DNA of 64,000 bases from Chiloscyllium plagiosum (lineage: Eukaryota). Position numbers and translations under genes: made by a program. Numbering within the stretch: the stretch's first letter is position 1; each line of letters opens with the position of its first letter. Below the pieces are notes generated by a model. That model did no database searches. It was not told the origin of the DNA and worked only from the letters and a program-made list of their open reading frames with translations. The stretch is from positions 7,051,346-7,115,345 of the forward strand of contig NC_057759.1 of assembly GCF_004010195.1 (NCBI RefSeq). Reading direction: 5' to 3'. Shown here piece after piece: positions 62,975 to 64,000 of this stretch.

Positions 62975-64000
62975 GATTCTTGTGTGTTCAGAAGTGACCT
63001 GTATAATGAACGGGAAGTGGCCAGTCCTGGAAACTGAAGTTAAGTTAGAGTCAGTTCAGTTATGGAGTCATGTGGAAACTGGCTACGAAGCCCTCTCTCC
63101 ATCTGCCCTCTAACTTTAACCTGGATTCCTTTATTTCATGTTCTTTTTTTTTGCTCTGTGTTAAAGTCGTTTCTTTTTTGTATTACGACATGGGGTAAAC
63201 TGTCTTGCTTAATTTAACACCAGCAACACAGAGAAGACTGATCCCATGCAGTAATCTGTACATATTTGATAGGCCAAGAAATAGTTAAAGTAAAAATTAA
63301 CGACTTTGTTCTTAAAATATGCCAGAGAATATTTAATGAACAACTATTTACAATTCCTAACTCTAATCTACGTTTTATCTTCCCTTCTATAATGCTAGTC
63401 CGATAAAACTCCCAAATACTGTTGCTGAAAGAAAGCGTGCAGATTCAACATACTTGAAAGATGACAAATCGTATACTGCCATAGAGAGGAGATTTAGGTC
63501 CAGGAGCAGGGATGTCTTGCTGTAATTCTACAGTGTGAAACAACACCCAGGAATGTTGAGGGGTGTTTGGGTTAGCTTGATCTTTGATTAAGATAAATGT
63601 TTGACATAATATCGTCAAGAGCCTGCACTGTGCTGTTTTGTTCTATTTTCTTTATCCTATATCAATAGCAAATATCAAGCAAAAATTGATAAAAGTTCAT
63701 TGTGTCAGTTTAATTTTTTTTTTCAAATTAGTATTTTGTATTATACCTTGAAAAGAGAAACGAAACAATGTATGGGAGAAAAACGCTGTTGTAAACTGAA
63801 AGAAGGATTTGGTATGTACTCATTACATATACAATTATAAGTCAATTAATCCAAGCTTTTTTTATTGCCATTAGTGTAACATACGCTAATAATTCAATAA
63901 TCAACTATCATAATTTGCACACAATTAAATGTGCATTTTGAGACAAAACTCCTTTGTCCGTAAAGTTGTGGACAGTTGGTTTTACAGATGCTGGGTTAAA

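Overview
Vertebrate genomic DNA, most likely from a cartilaginous fish (shark). This is inferred from an HE1-type V-SINE, dense CR1 LINEs with (CTCTATGA)n tails and Penelope-like elements. Transposon debris covers much of the window. The only protein-coding gene I can reconstruct is on the minus strand (ATG 33672 to TAA 2839), an Fc-receptor-like (FCRL-family) type I membrane receptor of about 701-708 aa. It has a split leader, six intact phase-1/1 Ig exons, an uncharged TM exon and five cytoplasmic exons carrying three consensus ITIMs plus a terminal NIYANI motif. Three anomalies stand out: the family-typical 21-nt leader mini-exon has no in-frame AG acceptor, a decayed seventh Ig exon sits in an intron, and a truncated relic of a paralogous Ig exon lies about 21 kb upstream. 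Other notable structure: minimal hammerhead-ribozyme-like motifs in several distinct Penelope-derived repeats, three TSD-flanked ~200-bp hairpin insertions, a 3.3-kb tandem duplication with junction microhomology, a Gmr1-like Gypsy relic and a near-full-length CR1. All calls were made by eye; no database searches were run.
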